This document shows, in pieces, positions 11,848-25,228 of a DNA stretch of 64,000 bases. A program made the translations under genes and the position numbers. The notes beneath the pieces were generated by a model that saw nothing but the letters and a program-made list of their open reading frames with translations, searched no databases and had not been told where the DNA came from. The DNA is from Marsupella aquatica (Eukaryota > Plantae > Marchantiophyta), in the NCBI GenBank assembly GCA_973895155.1, contig OZ316895.1, positions 20,226,803 to 20,290,802 of the forward strand, in the 5' to 3' direction. Within the stretch, counting starts at the first letter, position 1; each line of letters begins with the position of its first letter.

Positions 11848-14800
11848 CTAAGGTCTCAGGGCGGGCATTTGTTGTTTCTTCACATGCCGAGTTCCCCTCA
11901 CCATACTGCAAAACAAAACAGATCCATAACTAATCAGAATTCCACATTGCGCCTTCAAAATGTGAGACACTTCGCCTAAGTAAACCTAGTGGGCCAGGAA
12001 ACTGAGCAGACGGGTGGATAGACATTAACGCTCTTCATTACAGCACCTAATACATTAAATCGCAGAAAATTGACGCACCTTATATCATGTGGAGTAATAA
12101 ATATCGATTGGGATCCCTCTTGAAGGGCAAATTCCACAACGGTATCGAGGCTGATTTTCCTGCTGACAGCATCCTGCGAATAATAATAACGGTTTGCTTG
12201 AGAACGCTTTACGTGAATCTTCCAGAAAATTCTGCAAACGAGACCTTGCTAGAATTTAAGAGGAACAAGAGACTCACGCAATCGTCATCTGGTGCACTGC
12301 TGTTTACGAGAATGACCATTCCCGACAATCATTAAGGTCAAATTGATTGCCCGGTAAAAATCTCTAACTTGACGTTAAAGAAGATCAGTCCATCGGTTTT
12401 GCTACTAAAGACTTGTAATCTGACTTACCATGAAGACGTCAAACTCATCCATTGCTCGAAAGGGCGCCTCGGTCATGTTATGAAGTGCGAGAGCAAATGC
12501 CAAAGTGGTGAAAGACCTTTCACTCCCTGAGAGTGCTCGTGCGTCTCTCACTGATGTATTGGAAGCATCGTGCGGCATTTGAACCTGCACGTGCAAGACA
12601 AGTTAGCCAGATCTGCTAACCATCAGAAAACTGACCAAGTCATGAAGCTCCGTGGTTGTTTTTGGCACCATGACCAGTTCCCTTAATTGCAATAGAAGGG
12701 AAAGAATATGGCCTGGCCTGAAAAACAGGACGATTTCGAAAGTAAGATCTTACACTCAAATTTAGTGTCGTCTTTTCGTAGTCAACTTTGACATGGCCAC
12801 CATACCCTTCCGTCCTAGATGCTCATTGAATCTGAAAGCGGAAAACCCACACCAGTTATAGAAGTAAGAGAGCTAGAATCTGAAAGACGTGAAAGAAGCC
12901 AAAACCTTTCAGTCGATCAACCAGAAAAACAACCACATATCTAATTTCTGAGTTGGATGCGTACCCCCATAAGAGCTCACGTCGCAAGTGCGTACAGTTC
13001 TCACCATACTTTTTCTTTCGTTCTTGCAAAGCTCCATTGAGCATCTGCATGCAACACACGATCCGAGACAGGCTAGCCGATGTGAAAAAGTGCCTTTGGG
13101 TACACTTGGACTAAATTTTCGTGTAGTGCAAGAACTCTGCTGTAATAGGTACTTTTAGGCTAATTTTCGTGTAGTGCAAGAGATCTGCTGTGATGGGTAC
13201 TTTTGGACTCATTTTCGTGTAGTGCAAGAGATCTGCTGTGATAGGACTCCAAACAAACAAAAAAGCGCCTGTTCACATGGGTGATGTTAAGGCGGTGAGC
13301 ACATCTTATGCGTAAATTGACATGCGTCTAACTATAGCACTATGCTGATCTGGAGACACTTTCATAACAAAAAGAGTGGCAGTCAGTGCAGGATTCAGGA
13401 GTACTTACATCCAGTTTCTCTTTTAAGCTCGTAAACCATCTTTCTCTGGAAGCGATTTTCCTCTTGATTTTAGTTTGTTTTTTGATCAACTTCTCGATTG
13501 GTTCACTTTCACTGGAAAATGAAGAACATGGAAATGTCTTCTGACCCAAGGGATGGCCACCTTGTTTCCAAGTACCCAACAGAAAAATCTAGGCAGATAT
13601 TGCACCACAATGTCATCTGAATGCCCTTTTACTGAGAATGATGATGGATACTGTCAGTAAATGTGCTCAAAACTTGCATCCTCGTCAATAGCGGATGAAC
13701 ATACTTTTGCTGCCTTTCCACCTTCGCAGCTAGTCTCCTCATCTGATTGCTGAGCTGGTCTCTTGTCCTCGTATCCTCACCAAGTCGTTCCCTGTCCTCT
13801 TCTGGACATATTTTGATGGCAGTCTCACGGTGTTCCTATCAAGATCAGACACACAAAAACACACAAGAAGCGATTGGCATAAGTTTTCGCTTCCTTGAAC
13901 CTGAACGTAGTTCAGAATTGTCGCCAAATCGATGAACGAAAGTGAAATTTAGACAATCACACTGTCCCAGGACCTGCATTTCTGGAGAGGGCTGTAGATC
14001 ACAAAGTCTCCAATAACCAGGTTGAATTATTCTATTCGAAAACGAACTCCACTACAATTTTATGGAAACTGAAACAGTTAAACGTGTCTCCAGGAAGGTA
14101 GCGTGCCCAGTCGATTCCTCATTAAATTGTTTAGAATGTTCATAACGAACAAATCAGCATCTCGCGATGATTAACATTCAGAAAACTTCTACATTGCATA
14201 ATCATAACAATTCACAGGAGTCTAAGCGTTCGCATCACACCTCCAGCGCCTTCTTACATCTTCAGTTAACTTCTTTTGCCTTTGAATTGTCAAGACAACC
14301 ACAAGCACAATAACTATCAATTAGCCTTTCAAAGACCGTTAATCAATGCAATGAGAGCTTGAAACGATCCTCCTGAATTCTTGAAATGCGCCAATGATTT
14401 TAGAGACAAGAAGAATCTATATGCATGAACGCTACGAGAGAAAACAATGCTTTCAGGGAAATAAGAAGTAAAAGACAAACTGCTGAATATGAGATTAAAA
14501 ACACCAACTCCTACGGTACCGAAAGAAACTTACTTGGTCAGCCTCCAAAATCTCTTGATTAAGCGTTACCAGTTCCTGCTTTGCAACTCGTATAGACTCA
14601 ACATCTCCTCTAATAGATTCTGCAAGTTACGGAGTTCAAAAGATCTTTATACAGTTAAAGGATATTTAAAAATAAAGCCAGTTATATATCCAGAAATAAT
14701 AGTAATTCAAAAATCAGTCTGTTGTTAAATAACTTCTAACGCAATGAAAGAAAACTGGTCCGAAACGTAACTTATGAAAAGTGCATTTTACCAATCCATT

Positions 14801-17062
14801 GATCATTCTCAAGTTTAGCAGCATCCCATTTCAACTTAGCTAAGTCCAGCTTCACTTGGGACTTCTGCAACGCCTCTTGCTTGGATTGTATCTCTTCACG
14901 GGCTCTCTAAATCCAAAACACAAAGATCACCATGGTTATGTTCTGAAACTATTATTTTGCTGTCATTTGAAGTATAGAAGAAAGTGCACTTTTAGTATAA
15001 ATCAACTAGAATTACAATAATTTGCGTGCATTGATTTTGTAAAGCTTTGCAATGACTAAAACCTACCAATTCCACCAAAGTCTACCATACCTAGTGACCA
15101 AGTACCCTGACTATAAATTGCCTGCCGCTTGCGTTAACGAAAACTAAGACAAACTTTAACGTTTTAGAATTCAAATTGAGACTCTAATGCAGACTAATGG
15201 ATGAATATAATCGTTTAGGTCTACTGCTGCAAAAGCAGAGCATTCCGTAGCATGCCTGCAATCGTACTAACCACAGTCTCCTGTTCGAGCTCGAGCATAT
15301 TTGATTCTTTATTCAAGTCAGGCTCAATGGATACAGCCTTTCTCAAATCCCGGAGTGCAACCTCCCGACTTTGCAAAGCCCGTTCTTCGTTTCTTTTCCT
15401 ACGCTGCAAAATAATTCAAGAAGCAAATCAGTCATCCCTTCACGCAACACATCAACAACAAAACATATACAGCCATCACGAGAAGTAAAAGTGAGGCCAA
15501 ATGCGTGATGTCTACCTACTTCTATTTTATGTCATTGAGAGACTATCAGATCCACACAGAAAGCTATTGTTTACTTTGAATTAGACGTAGAACAGTTAAC
15601 GTTCTATTTGGAGGAGTTACAGAAAAGCATGCATGAAATAGATACCTTGACTGTCCTTCAGGAAGAAAGAGCTACCACTCTCAACGATCCGCCTCTCGAC
15701 AAGAATAGTGTGTCCAAATACTTCAGGCTTGAAGGCATCTTCTCCCACATTATTTAACTCCACCACCACCAGCCCAGATCTGCACCGTGCGAGCATTTTG
15801 TAAAATCTATCCATGTATTCCCGGAATCGAAGAAGTGCACCCTACAAGTATCGGAACAGGACTACAAAAAGAAGCAAAGAGCTTCAGTCACTGTGGACTA
15901 AAAGGCTCATGCCTTTCGTCTGTGGATTAAATATTGAAGTATCAACCAAATCCTCACAATCTATACAGAAAACTCATTTACCAAAAGACGGGGGCTTCGT
16001 TCGTCTCGCACGGAAATGTCCACGAAAGCAGTAGAGAACAATTAATTAATCTGGGGTGGAATCAGAATCGCCCTATATTTGAGTGACCAGTAAACGTTCA
16101 CTCTTATTGCTTAGTCCCATACAAATTTCTACTGCACCATCCATGTCTGCTATCAACACCATCGAGTAGAATAAAAGCAAAAGCAAAATAAGAGGGAATT
16201 GCCACAATGAAGAACCTGCAGCCATTTTTTATGAAGTCTTGCACGGAATTGGCACGCTGGGTCCCTTTCGCTTTGATACCGAACGCGACACAAAGGGCAG
16301 TGAGAATAGCACTCTTACCACCTGACAGACATCCAATGCATCCATCAAAGTCCAATCACAAAATGCACCAATTTACTATGAACTCAGCCAGTGACGAAAC
16401 AATGGATAATGATCTTATGAAACTCCCGCTACTGTGGTTGTACACAGTACATGAGAATTATAAGCTCCCATCCTGGTACCACTGCAACTAGTACGTATTG
16501 CATAAATCAACGTAGTGAGCCACATTATCCTTCACCTCTGTGGATATAGAGACGACTATGGCAATAGTTCCGCTGCATCGACAAACTTTGCGATTCCGCG
16601 GTGTGTAGACTGCATGAACGGTAATCCTCCGTAAAACCCTAAGCTGACATTGGACTTCAGAATCACTAAAGGTTCAACAATGTTCAAACGATGTGACCTC
16701 GACGACAGTCCTTGAGGGCACACAGGGCATGAAATAGCCGAAAAATGTCACGAACATCCACTCTGATCACACAGGAAGAGCGGTCTGGCAAATTCTGCTA
16801 GCTCACAAAACTATTTCGTCTTTCAAAATGCAGATTAAGTAAATGCCGAAGGGATCCTTGAATGCTCGAATTGTCACAAAATTATTACAAGAAACCAGCG
16901 GGCCGGAAACGCACTGCCATTTTGTCCGGTGATGAAGTTCACGCAATCGCCGAGCTCAATCGTCAAACTACTGTGACACATGAAATTCTCGACGGAAATT
17001 CTCCTGATGCTTCCCGCCTTTTTCGGCTTCCCAACATAATCAAATTCGTCCATGTTTTCCAT
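11848..17062 (-). pseudogene. SMC6: SMC6 homolog, multi-exon, lacking the first coiled coil and hinge; probable pseudogene
   Basis: GT-AG exons encode AGSIRRISVENFMCH...ITGQNGS/GKSAILTALCVAFG (Walker A), NVGEDAFKPEVFG, coiled-coil exons, FNEHLGRKG, LSGSERSFTTLAFALALH..PFRAMDEFDVFM/DAVSRKISL (Walker B/D-loop), FITPHDI and KKQQMPALRP*. Only ~240 bp separate the N-terminal head exon (ends ~15645) from a second-arm exon (starts ~15403). Confidence 0.9.
13113..13248. repeat. Intronic minisatellite, ~48 bp x3
   Basis: ATTTTCGTGTAGTGCAAGAGATCTGCTGTGATGGGTACTTTTGGACT-like unit repeated three times inside an SMC6 intron. Confidence 0.9.
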
Positions 17063-17317
17063 TATACCAACGCTTTCAGGACACGCCAACGCCAAGCGAT
17101 TGCTCAATCAACACAAAAACTCAGCGCAAGGCGAGTTCAGACATCCTGCTCATAAAGTCTCCGAGACCAGCCACTGTTCCATGTACCGCAATGCCTTAAT
17201 TAAGAGCACATTGAGCAACGTTTCGGCCAGGGGGGACGTAAACCCCTACAAGAAGGCCCCTGAACCCCACGAACCTGAGACGTTTCGTGCGAATGACGAG
17301 TGTGAAGGAATAACGAG

Positions 17318-18641
17318 AGGTCTCATCGCAAAATAGTCCTAGAGAATACTAGCTATTTGCATGATCCTGCTGTAAGAAGACCTCCGCCATGGCTGCAGCA
17401 CCAGCCACTAGCAGGTTGGTATGTACTGACAACCATTATCCTCACCTGCCTAAGCCAACATTCCTGTCGAACAAATTCATCGAACAAGCGTCTTCATCGC
17501 AACAGCATAATTCGAAAACCATCATCGAATTCGCATGTAAATTATTGTCCATTAGATCATAAGAAACGAAGAGGCACCCTGGAATGACGATGAAGGGGTG
17601 TAACTGCCATTAGACAAATGATGGTAGAACAATTAGGGTTGGCGATAATAGCTCCCTTCTTGTTGCTCAACTTGATGTGTGCTATTGCCTCAGCATTGAC
17701 TTGAGCTGTCATCTACTACAATTGTACCTGCAGAAGCTGCCACGGGGCCATATTGTTTGCTGCAAGACCAGGGAGACATTGTTGACACGGCCTTCTTGTT
17801 AACATTGAAAATCTAGTACCTGTGATTTTGATTGAAGGGAGCAAAGATGCATCGGATCCTGTGCCGAAGAGTACACGCCATAGATTACGAGCTGTGACAT
17901 TGTCGTAGGATCCTGTGACGAAATGGCGAGCTTCACCTCGGGCATCAAGGAGAGGTCTAGAATTCCCTTCTAAATAGTGTCGCATTTGAAATCAGTAAAT
18001 ACTCTTTCTTGCATTTTTGTTGCAGAGATGGGTATTTTTGGAACAAATACTCACACAATTTAAGTTTTTCTTCGATCTCAGTCCAATTTTGACAATGAGC
18101 TTCACCATTTCTCTCATTAACTAATTGTTGGAATACCCACGAAATATGAGTAGCAGGTAACCTAAGCTGCTGCGCAATCCTGGCAAGCGTGGATCTGGTT
18201 CTGTCACTCAAGTGAAATTGGCGCACCTGCCGGGGCTGCAATTGCATCAGAAACAAAGCAAATTCACCTCCGGTAATCGTAATATACGGTGTTGCCCAAA
18301 TCTGGGCTTCCTTCTCTCGCTCTTCAGCTACCTCAGCTTCTTTTTTGTCTCGCGCTTCAGCTGCCTCAGTTTCCTTTTTGTCTCGCGCTTCGGCTGCCTC
18401 AGTTTCTTTTTTGTCTCGCGCTTCGGCTGCCTCAGTTTCTTTTTTGTCTCGCGCTTCGGCTGCCTCAGTTTCTTTTTTCTCTCGCGCTTCGGCTGATTCT
18501 TCAAGATTTGAAACCTGTTTCATCAACAAGCTGACTTTCCGAGACAGTTCGGAAGAATCCATAACCAACTATCGAAGTTGTCAGGAATGAGAAAAGGTCT
18601 CATCGGAGAATAGTCCTCGAGAATACTAGCCAGTTGCATGA
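17318..18641 (+). repeat. 47-bp direct repeats (17318-17364 and 18595-18641) bracketing the orphan ORF
   Basis: AGGTCTCATCGCAAAATAGTCCTAGAGAATACTAGCTATTTGCATGA versus AGGTCTCATCGGAGAATAGTCCTCGAGAATACTAGCCAGTTGCATGA, 5 mismatches. Confidence 0.85.
17957..18562 (-). CDS. Intronless orphan protein (~200 aa): N-terminal coiled coil with 11-aa repeats and a C-terminal helical domain with an RNxxAH (HEPN-like) motif
   Basis: Uninterrupted ORF with the EARDKKETEAA repeat (33-bp unit, ~5 copies, ~18330-18495) and LVNERNGEAHC. HEPN assignment rests on the motif only. Confidence 0.6.
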   Translation of the reverse strand: MDSSELSRKVSLLMKQVSNLEESAEAREKKETEAAEARDKKETEAAEARDKKETEAAEARDKKETEAAEARDKKEAEVAEEREKEAQIWATPYITITGGEFALFLMQLQPRQVRQFHLSDRTRSTLARIAQQLRLPATHISWVFQQLVNERNGEAHCQNWTEIEEKLKLCEYLFQKYPSLQQKCKKEYLLISNATLFRREF

Positions 18642-19199
18642 AGGAAGCGTAGTCATCACGGTGATGATTGACTCGGGCCACCCCAAGCTTCCCCGCCAAA
18701 ATGCAACCACGCCCTAAGAGATGCTGCGGTTACTGTCTTGCCCAAAGCTACAGCTCGAGAATCTGAATTTACAACGAGTGGCATCGAAACTTCCAGAAAC
18801 GTGCGACTCGGACCACAACTGGTTTCCCTAAGGTTCCTCGGAGCCTTCAAATAAATCTCGCCAACTTGTAACGCGCAACAAGCCCTGCTGATTGATAGTC
18901 TCCCAAAGCCTACCTTGAAGGCGACTTAATACGAAGACTTTCGGAACCTGGACTGCAAATTTGACGTCAGCAAATGGAAGGACAGAAGGCTCCAAATAAA
19001 AGAAAGGAACCGAACCAATTCGTCCGCCAAACTTCCACGACTTTGATCCAGATTCGCCGCAACCCCTCAGTCATAACTATATATGGCCCCCGTTCCACAT
19101 AAAACTTAAAATCTGCTATAAAATAACTATCTTCACTTTTTGGACAACTCTTTTTGCCAATCCATCTCTCTTTGGATGATCCCTAGACGTCATAGTGAT

Positions 19200-19901
19200 C
19201 AATTAATGTTTATCACACAAGACCTAAAATTCTCCACGAAACTCAGTCCCCTAGTCAGTTAAAATCTCAACAAGAGCACCAAAATGGCTCAACACACGGT
19301 CCAAAATGGCATAGGCAACTCCTTCACTACTTTTATCTGGCAATGCATCCAACTCAATCCATTTAGAAAAGTGGTCCACCATCACTAAGGCATAACGGTT
19401 GTGACGTCTAGTCAGTGGTAAGGGTCCAGCAAAATCTAAACTCCAACGATATCCCAAGCCCATGATCGGCAAGGGATACAGCTGCTGGGTAGGAGCATTA
19501 AATGATGCTCTCACTCTGTCACACACAGTACACAGCACCACAAACTACTGCACCTCAACATGCATTTCACGCCACCAATATTGGGTCTGGAATAAGTTGT
19601 ATGTCCATTTCACTCCAAAATGTCCAAGCTCTTCATGAGCATGTCGCACCAATCGTGCACACTGGGATAAAGGAGGTACCAACCGCACTATGTCATCATC
19701 CCAAACTCTCAACAAGTGAGATCCTTCCCATCTGAACCTCTTAGCTCGTTGTAGGATCCGATCTCTCTCCTTGGTGGTTATCATGCTTGGCATGCTACCC
19801 GTGCACAGATACATCACAACATTTGCATCATCATGAATATCATGTCCAGCAGACTCCTCACTAGAAATCTTTGGATCCACAAAGTCTGCATGGGGCCTCT
19901 C
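19200..19901 (-). pseudogene. Gypsy integrase (H2C2 + N-terminal rve), 3' truncated
   Basis: HAHEELGHFG...CTVC, WSLDFAGPLP, VDHFSKW, ILTD.GTEF. Confidence 0.92.
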
Positions 19902-22900
19902 TGTAGGAAAACCGTCAGCTCCAAACTAGACAACAATGCGGAACATGAGAGCACTCAATCTCACACTACACCAACAAGACACCACGATCATGGAGAAACT
20001 CCTGAAGGATCCATAGCTCATGAGATTGAACATGTGAAGAATGAGGGAGAGAATGCTCTCCCTCCAACCTATACCCCCCGAGGGGGACTAAGATGTGTGG
20101 GCCTAAATAAATGGATCTTATCCTAAACTAACCAAGGGTCAATTAACCCTAGCAAGGCCAAACTAACTATAGTCGGGAACTCGAGTCAATTCCTAACAAT
20201 CTCCACCTTGACTCCAGTTCACACAATGAGTCAAGTGATATACAATATGTAACTAGGTAACATATCTACATAGTCTTCGGTTTGGCCCTAACATTAATTA
20301 TATCCACACAATGACTAAAGTTATTGGTAGGTAAAACTTTGGTAAGCATGTCTGCTGCATTCTCCTCTGAAGCCACCTTCTCCAGAAACATCTGCTTCGT
20401 CTCAATCACCTCACGGATGAAATGATAACAAATACCAATGTGCTTAGCGTGGAACACAGGGTTCTTAGCCAGATGCAAAGCACTTTGACTATCACACAAC
20501 AGCACCGGTCTTTCAGGTGAAAGACCCAAATCATTCACCAATCTCCGTAGCCAGATCAGTTCCTTGGTTGCCTCGCAAGCAGCCATGTACTCAGCCTCAG
20601 TAGTAGACAACGCAACACACAATTGAGTTGCTTACTTCCAGCTAATACAACCTCCACCCAGCATAAACACATAGCCTGTAGTAGACTTCCTGTTATCCAA
20701 GTTACCAGCATAATCTGAATTGACAAAACCTCCCAACTCTAATGTAGACTCTGCTTTATCGTCAAATAGAATCCCACAATCTAAGGTACCTTTTAGATAT
20801 CGCAAAACCCACTTCACTGCTTCCCAATGAAGTTTACCAGGGTTTGCCATAAATCTACTCAAAATGCTAACGGCGTGGGCAATGTCAGGTCTATTGCATG
20901 TCATTGCATACATCAAACTACCCACAACGCTATCATAGGAAACCTGTTTCATCGCCAGTCTATCACTCTCACTAGAAGGGCAATCATTCTTTGAGAGTTT
21001 AAAGTGTGAAGCCAATGGAGTACCAACTGGTTTTGCATTCTCCATCCCATACTTGGCAAGTACTTTCTCAGCCAACCATAATTGCCTCTGCTCCCTATCA
21101 CGATGAATGTCCATCCCTAGAATCTTCTTGGCCTGACCCAAGTCCTTCATTGAAAACTCCTTACTTAGCATTGCTTTCAGATGGGCAACATCAGACTTAT
21201 TCTCAGCCAGGATCAACATGTCATCCACGTACAGTGCCAGTACAATGTAACCAAAGCGTGAGTAACTCTCCACCTCCTTCATGTAAATACAACAATCATG
21301 TTCACTCCGTGTGAACCCTTGAGACAACATGAAGGAATCAAAACGCTTATTCCATTGTCTGGGATTCTGCTTCAAACCATATAACGAGCGCAAGAGCTGA
21401 CACACCAAGTGTCTGGTCTTCTCATCACTAAAACCTAGAGGCTGAGTCATAAAAATCTCCACATCAAGCAATCAATGCAGGAAAACAATAATTACATCCA
21501 TTTGATCTAACTCAAGATCATAGAATGTCACAATTGCAAGTAAAACACGGATAGTAGCGAGTTTGACAACTGGTGAGAAAATCTCAGTGTAGTCCAAGCC
21601 CTCCTTCTGGGTGTACCCTTTGGCCACAAGGCGTGCCTTGTAAGTGCCATCTTGCTTCTTCTTGTACAACCATCTACACGGAACCAGTGTCTTCCCGCGA
21701 GGCATGTCCACTAAGCGCCAAGTTGAATTCTTCTTCAAAGAATTCATCTCCTTCAACATCACCTCCATCCACTTATCCTTCTCTGGAGAGGCCATAGCTT
21801 CTTCATAGCTAGAGGGGTCTCCATCTTCAGTGAGAAATATAACACCAGGATCATTGTCGTGCTCAACAACATGAACACGAGGATTTGCAAAACCAAATCT
21901 ATCAGGGGGTTGGCCAAGATTGGCCCTTGTGGATCGCCTCAATTGAGGAACTGCACCTCTACTAGAGGGACCAGCAGCTTCCTCGACACCATCAAGCTCC
22001 ATCGTAGTGGGTTCCTCCACTTGCTCCTCCTGATTATCCCGGGTTCTTGACAACCATTCTTTGTCAAAGACAACATTTCTGCTCACAACTACCTTGCAAT
22101 CGACAGGATCCCACAATTTGTAGCCCTTCTGCCCCGGACTAAAGCCTAGAAAAATATATTTCTTAGACTTGGGATCCAACTTAGACCCGTGTGTCTGCTC
22201 AATGTGAACATAGGCAGCACACCCAAAAACTCAGAGTCTAGAGTAATCAGCAGGTCTCTTATACCACAACTCAAATGGAGTCTGCATCAACTTACTACTA
22301 TGCAGTGACAAGTTGTAAACGTATGCAGCTTGGTTGACAGCTTCAGCCCAAAAATTATTGGGCAACTTGGACCTACATAGCATGTTGCGTGCTTTCTACA
22401 GTAATGTCCGATTCAACCGTTCTGCCACTCCATTTTGCTGCGGGGTCTCCGGTACAGTGTAATGACGCTTGAGGCCAAGGTCCCAACCAAGTTGGTCAAA
22501 CTCGTTGGACTTATACTCGCCACCGTTATCTGACCAAACACACTTCAACTCCTTCTAGTTTGTAGCTCCACCATGGCTTTCCACTCTTGAAGATCTCAAA
22601 TACTTGAGACTTCTTCTTCATGTAGTACAACCAACACATTCGAGAGTAATCATCTACAAACGTCACAAAATATCTGGCTCCACCCAACGATGGCTCCGGC
22701 GCTGGACCCCAAACATCCAAATGTACATACTCAAGAATCTCATGAGAATGGTAGGAACTAGAACTAAAACTCACTCTCCTCTGCTTGCCATAGATGCAAT
22801 CTTCACAAAAAGAAAGTTTTCCAGATTGTGCGCCTTGCAGCAAATCTCTATTTGCCAAGGCTGCCAATCCATTACCACTCAAGTGCCCCAAACGTGCATG

Positions 22901-25228
22901 CCATAAATCTATGGCTTGTGTGCGACCAGATGTTGATGGTGCTTCAATTGAAGCAACCGACGATGCCACTGCATCCAAACATTCCACCACAGAATCCACA
23001 TGCTCCACTCTAGGAGCAATGACATCTCCTTGTAAGATGTATAAATTAATTTGTCGGAGTGCCTTAATCAAAGATACTTCACCTTTGACAACAAAGAGTG
23101 CACCATCACGTGCAGTGAAATGATATCCACCAGCTTCCAAAGCACCAAGAGAAATCAAGTTCTTAGAGATGTCTGGTATGTGCCTGACTTCCGTCCATGC
23201 TCGCACAACACCATCAAACATCTGGAATTTGATAGTCCCCATGCCAACAATCTCACATCGGACCCCGTTGCCGATTTCCACGCTACCAGTACACGGTTGG
23301 TAAGTAGAGAAGTAAGATCATGTCGGACACACGTGATAAGAGGAACCCGAATCCAACATCCATTTATTGTCATACACAGAATTAACCGCACCAATACATA
23401 GCACTTCAGCAACATCCTCATGATCAGTAATCATAATGCCAGCTGAAGATGAAGATGCACCATCAGAAGTAGGACGCTTCTGCCTGGTCAAAGAAGGGCA
23501 AGACCACTTGGTGTGGCCCTTCTCATGGCAATGCCAACACTGAACCTTCTTACTACGGGACTTAGATTTAGATCTGTTATGAGATCTAGATCTAGATCGA
23601 TCCATAGTACGCTCAGTTGATCTACCTCTAACCATTAAGGCAGCAGACTCATCATCACGGGAAGATAGATGTCGCTTGCTCCATTCTGCAAGAACAGTAG
23701 CCTTCACCGCATCCAGCTTCAACGTAGTCTTGTCATGTGTGATGACCGTTACCAACATCAAAAAGCTCTTCGGAAGCGACATCAACAAATGCATTGCAAG
23801 GTACTCATCGGTCAACTTATTTCCCGCCGTGGTTACCTCGTGCACAATCTCATCAAAGAGACTAAGATGATCATGCATGTTTCCACCATCCTGCAACTTC
23901 AACCTGAATAGCCGCTCCAACTGGTAAATGCGAGTAGTCAATGAAGTACTTTGGTATAGCTGAGTAAGCATATCCCAAATCTTCTTGGCGTTACGATCCA
24001 TCTCCAACACATTCTTGAGAATGTTGTTTGCCAAGAACAACTCAATTGTACTACATGCCTGCACCGACATGTCTTCCCACTCCTCATTTGTAAGAGTCGA
24101 GGGCTTCACTCGAGTGATGGTCTTCTCAAGACCCTGTTGGATCAACACGTTGGTCACCTTTTAAGTCTAGAGGCTAAAGCTGACCTTCCCATCAAACTTT
24201 TCCACCTCAAACTTTGGTGCTGCAAGCTTTCGTGAAGTGATTGATGCTGACACAAACACACAGGAAACATAAGTACCAAAATACCTCTACACACAATCAC
24301 CAAAAAATGAAAGTTGGAAAAAGTGGAACTGTAATGCACCACCGCGTAGCCTGCAAGGTACACTACCAATATCTGAAAACGATTTTGCAAAAAATTGCTT
24401 CTGAAAAAAGTTATCCAGAAAAAAGTTTTTTTTCCTCCTCCTCAAAGCACCCGCGGAACGGTGTTCCGTGGGTCCCTATTTTTCCCCACCGCAAAGCTAT
24501 CGCGGAACGGTGTTCCGTGGGTCACAATTTTTTCCCCCATAAGAGATCAAGCCAAGCACAAAGACTCCATAGCCAAAGAGATTAGGCTACAAACAGCAAA
24601 ACATAAATTGATATTGCTCCACACTCGCTAGATGAAACGCTATGAAAATGTCACCGAGACAAAGTGCTCGCCGATGTGCACAATGAAACGTGAGACTGTC
24701 CGCCTGACAATACATTCAAAAAACCAAAGACACATCCGACACTTCTGATGTGAAGTTTAAATCGGGAAATTGTCACTCCTTCTGAACGCGAAACCTCCAG
24801 CGCACAACGACCAGTGACACGATCACACAAATTATTGAAAAACAATCTGGTCTGTCACCACGATTCAACACAATGAATACTCTCACCACTGTCCAGGCAA
24901 CCAACGTCAAACACGAAGCTCTGATACCACTTGTAGGAAAACCGTCAGCTCCAGACTAGACAGCAATGCGGAACATGAGAGCACTCAATCTCACACTACA
25001 CCAACAAGACACCACGATCATGGAGAAACTCCTGAAGGATCCATAGCTCATGAGATTGAACATGTGAAGAATGAAGGAGAGAATGCTCTCCCTCCAACCT
25101 ATACCCCCCAAGGGGGACTAAGATGTGTGGGCCTAAATAAGTGGATCTTATCCTAAACTAACCAAGGGCCAATTAACCCTAGTAAGGCCAAACTAACTAT
25201 AGTCAGGAACTCGAGTCAATTCCTAACA
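19902..25228 (-). mobile_element. Full-length Ty1/copia LTR retrotransposon
   Basis: 297-bp LTRs (19902-20198 and 24932-25228, TG...CA, 8 transitions counted). TSD CTCTC on both sides. PBS TGGTATCAGAGC (24918-24929, tRNA-iMet) and PPT AGGTGGAGAT next to 20198. Confidence 0.98.
20266..24240 (-). pseudogene. Copia gag-pol (gag, CCHC knuckle, protease, integrase, RT, RNaseH) with several stops and frameshifts
   Basis: CWHCHEKGHTKWSC; WMLDSGSSYH; LWHARLGH...CEDC; FVDDYSR; YKARLVAKGY; LYVDDML; STTEAEY; ADMLTK. Confidence 0.96.

Noticed and set aside
13113-13248. Possible CRISPR-like array in the SMC6 region
   Set aside because: Plain intronic minisatellite without variable spacers.
18212-18590. 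Plus-strand repetitive ORFs (SRASAASVSFL etc.)
   Set aside because: Antisense shadows of the 33-bp repeat in the minus-strand ORF.
24918-24929. tRNA gene
   Set aside because: Only the 12-nt primer-binding site complementary to tRNA-iMet, with no cloverleaf.
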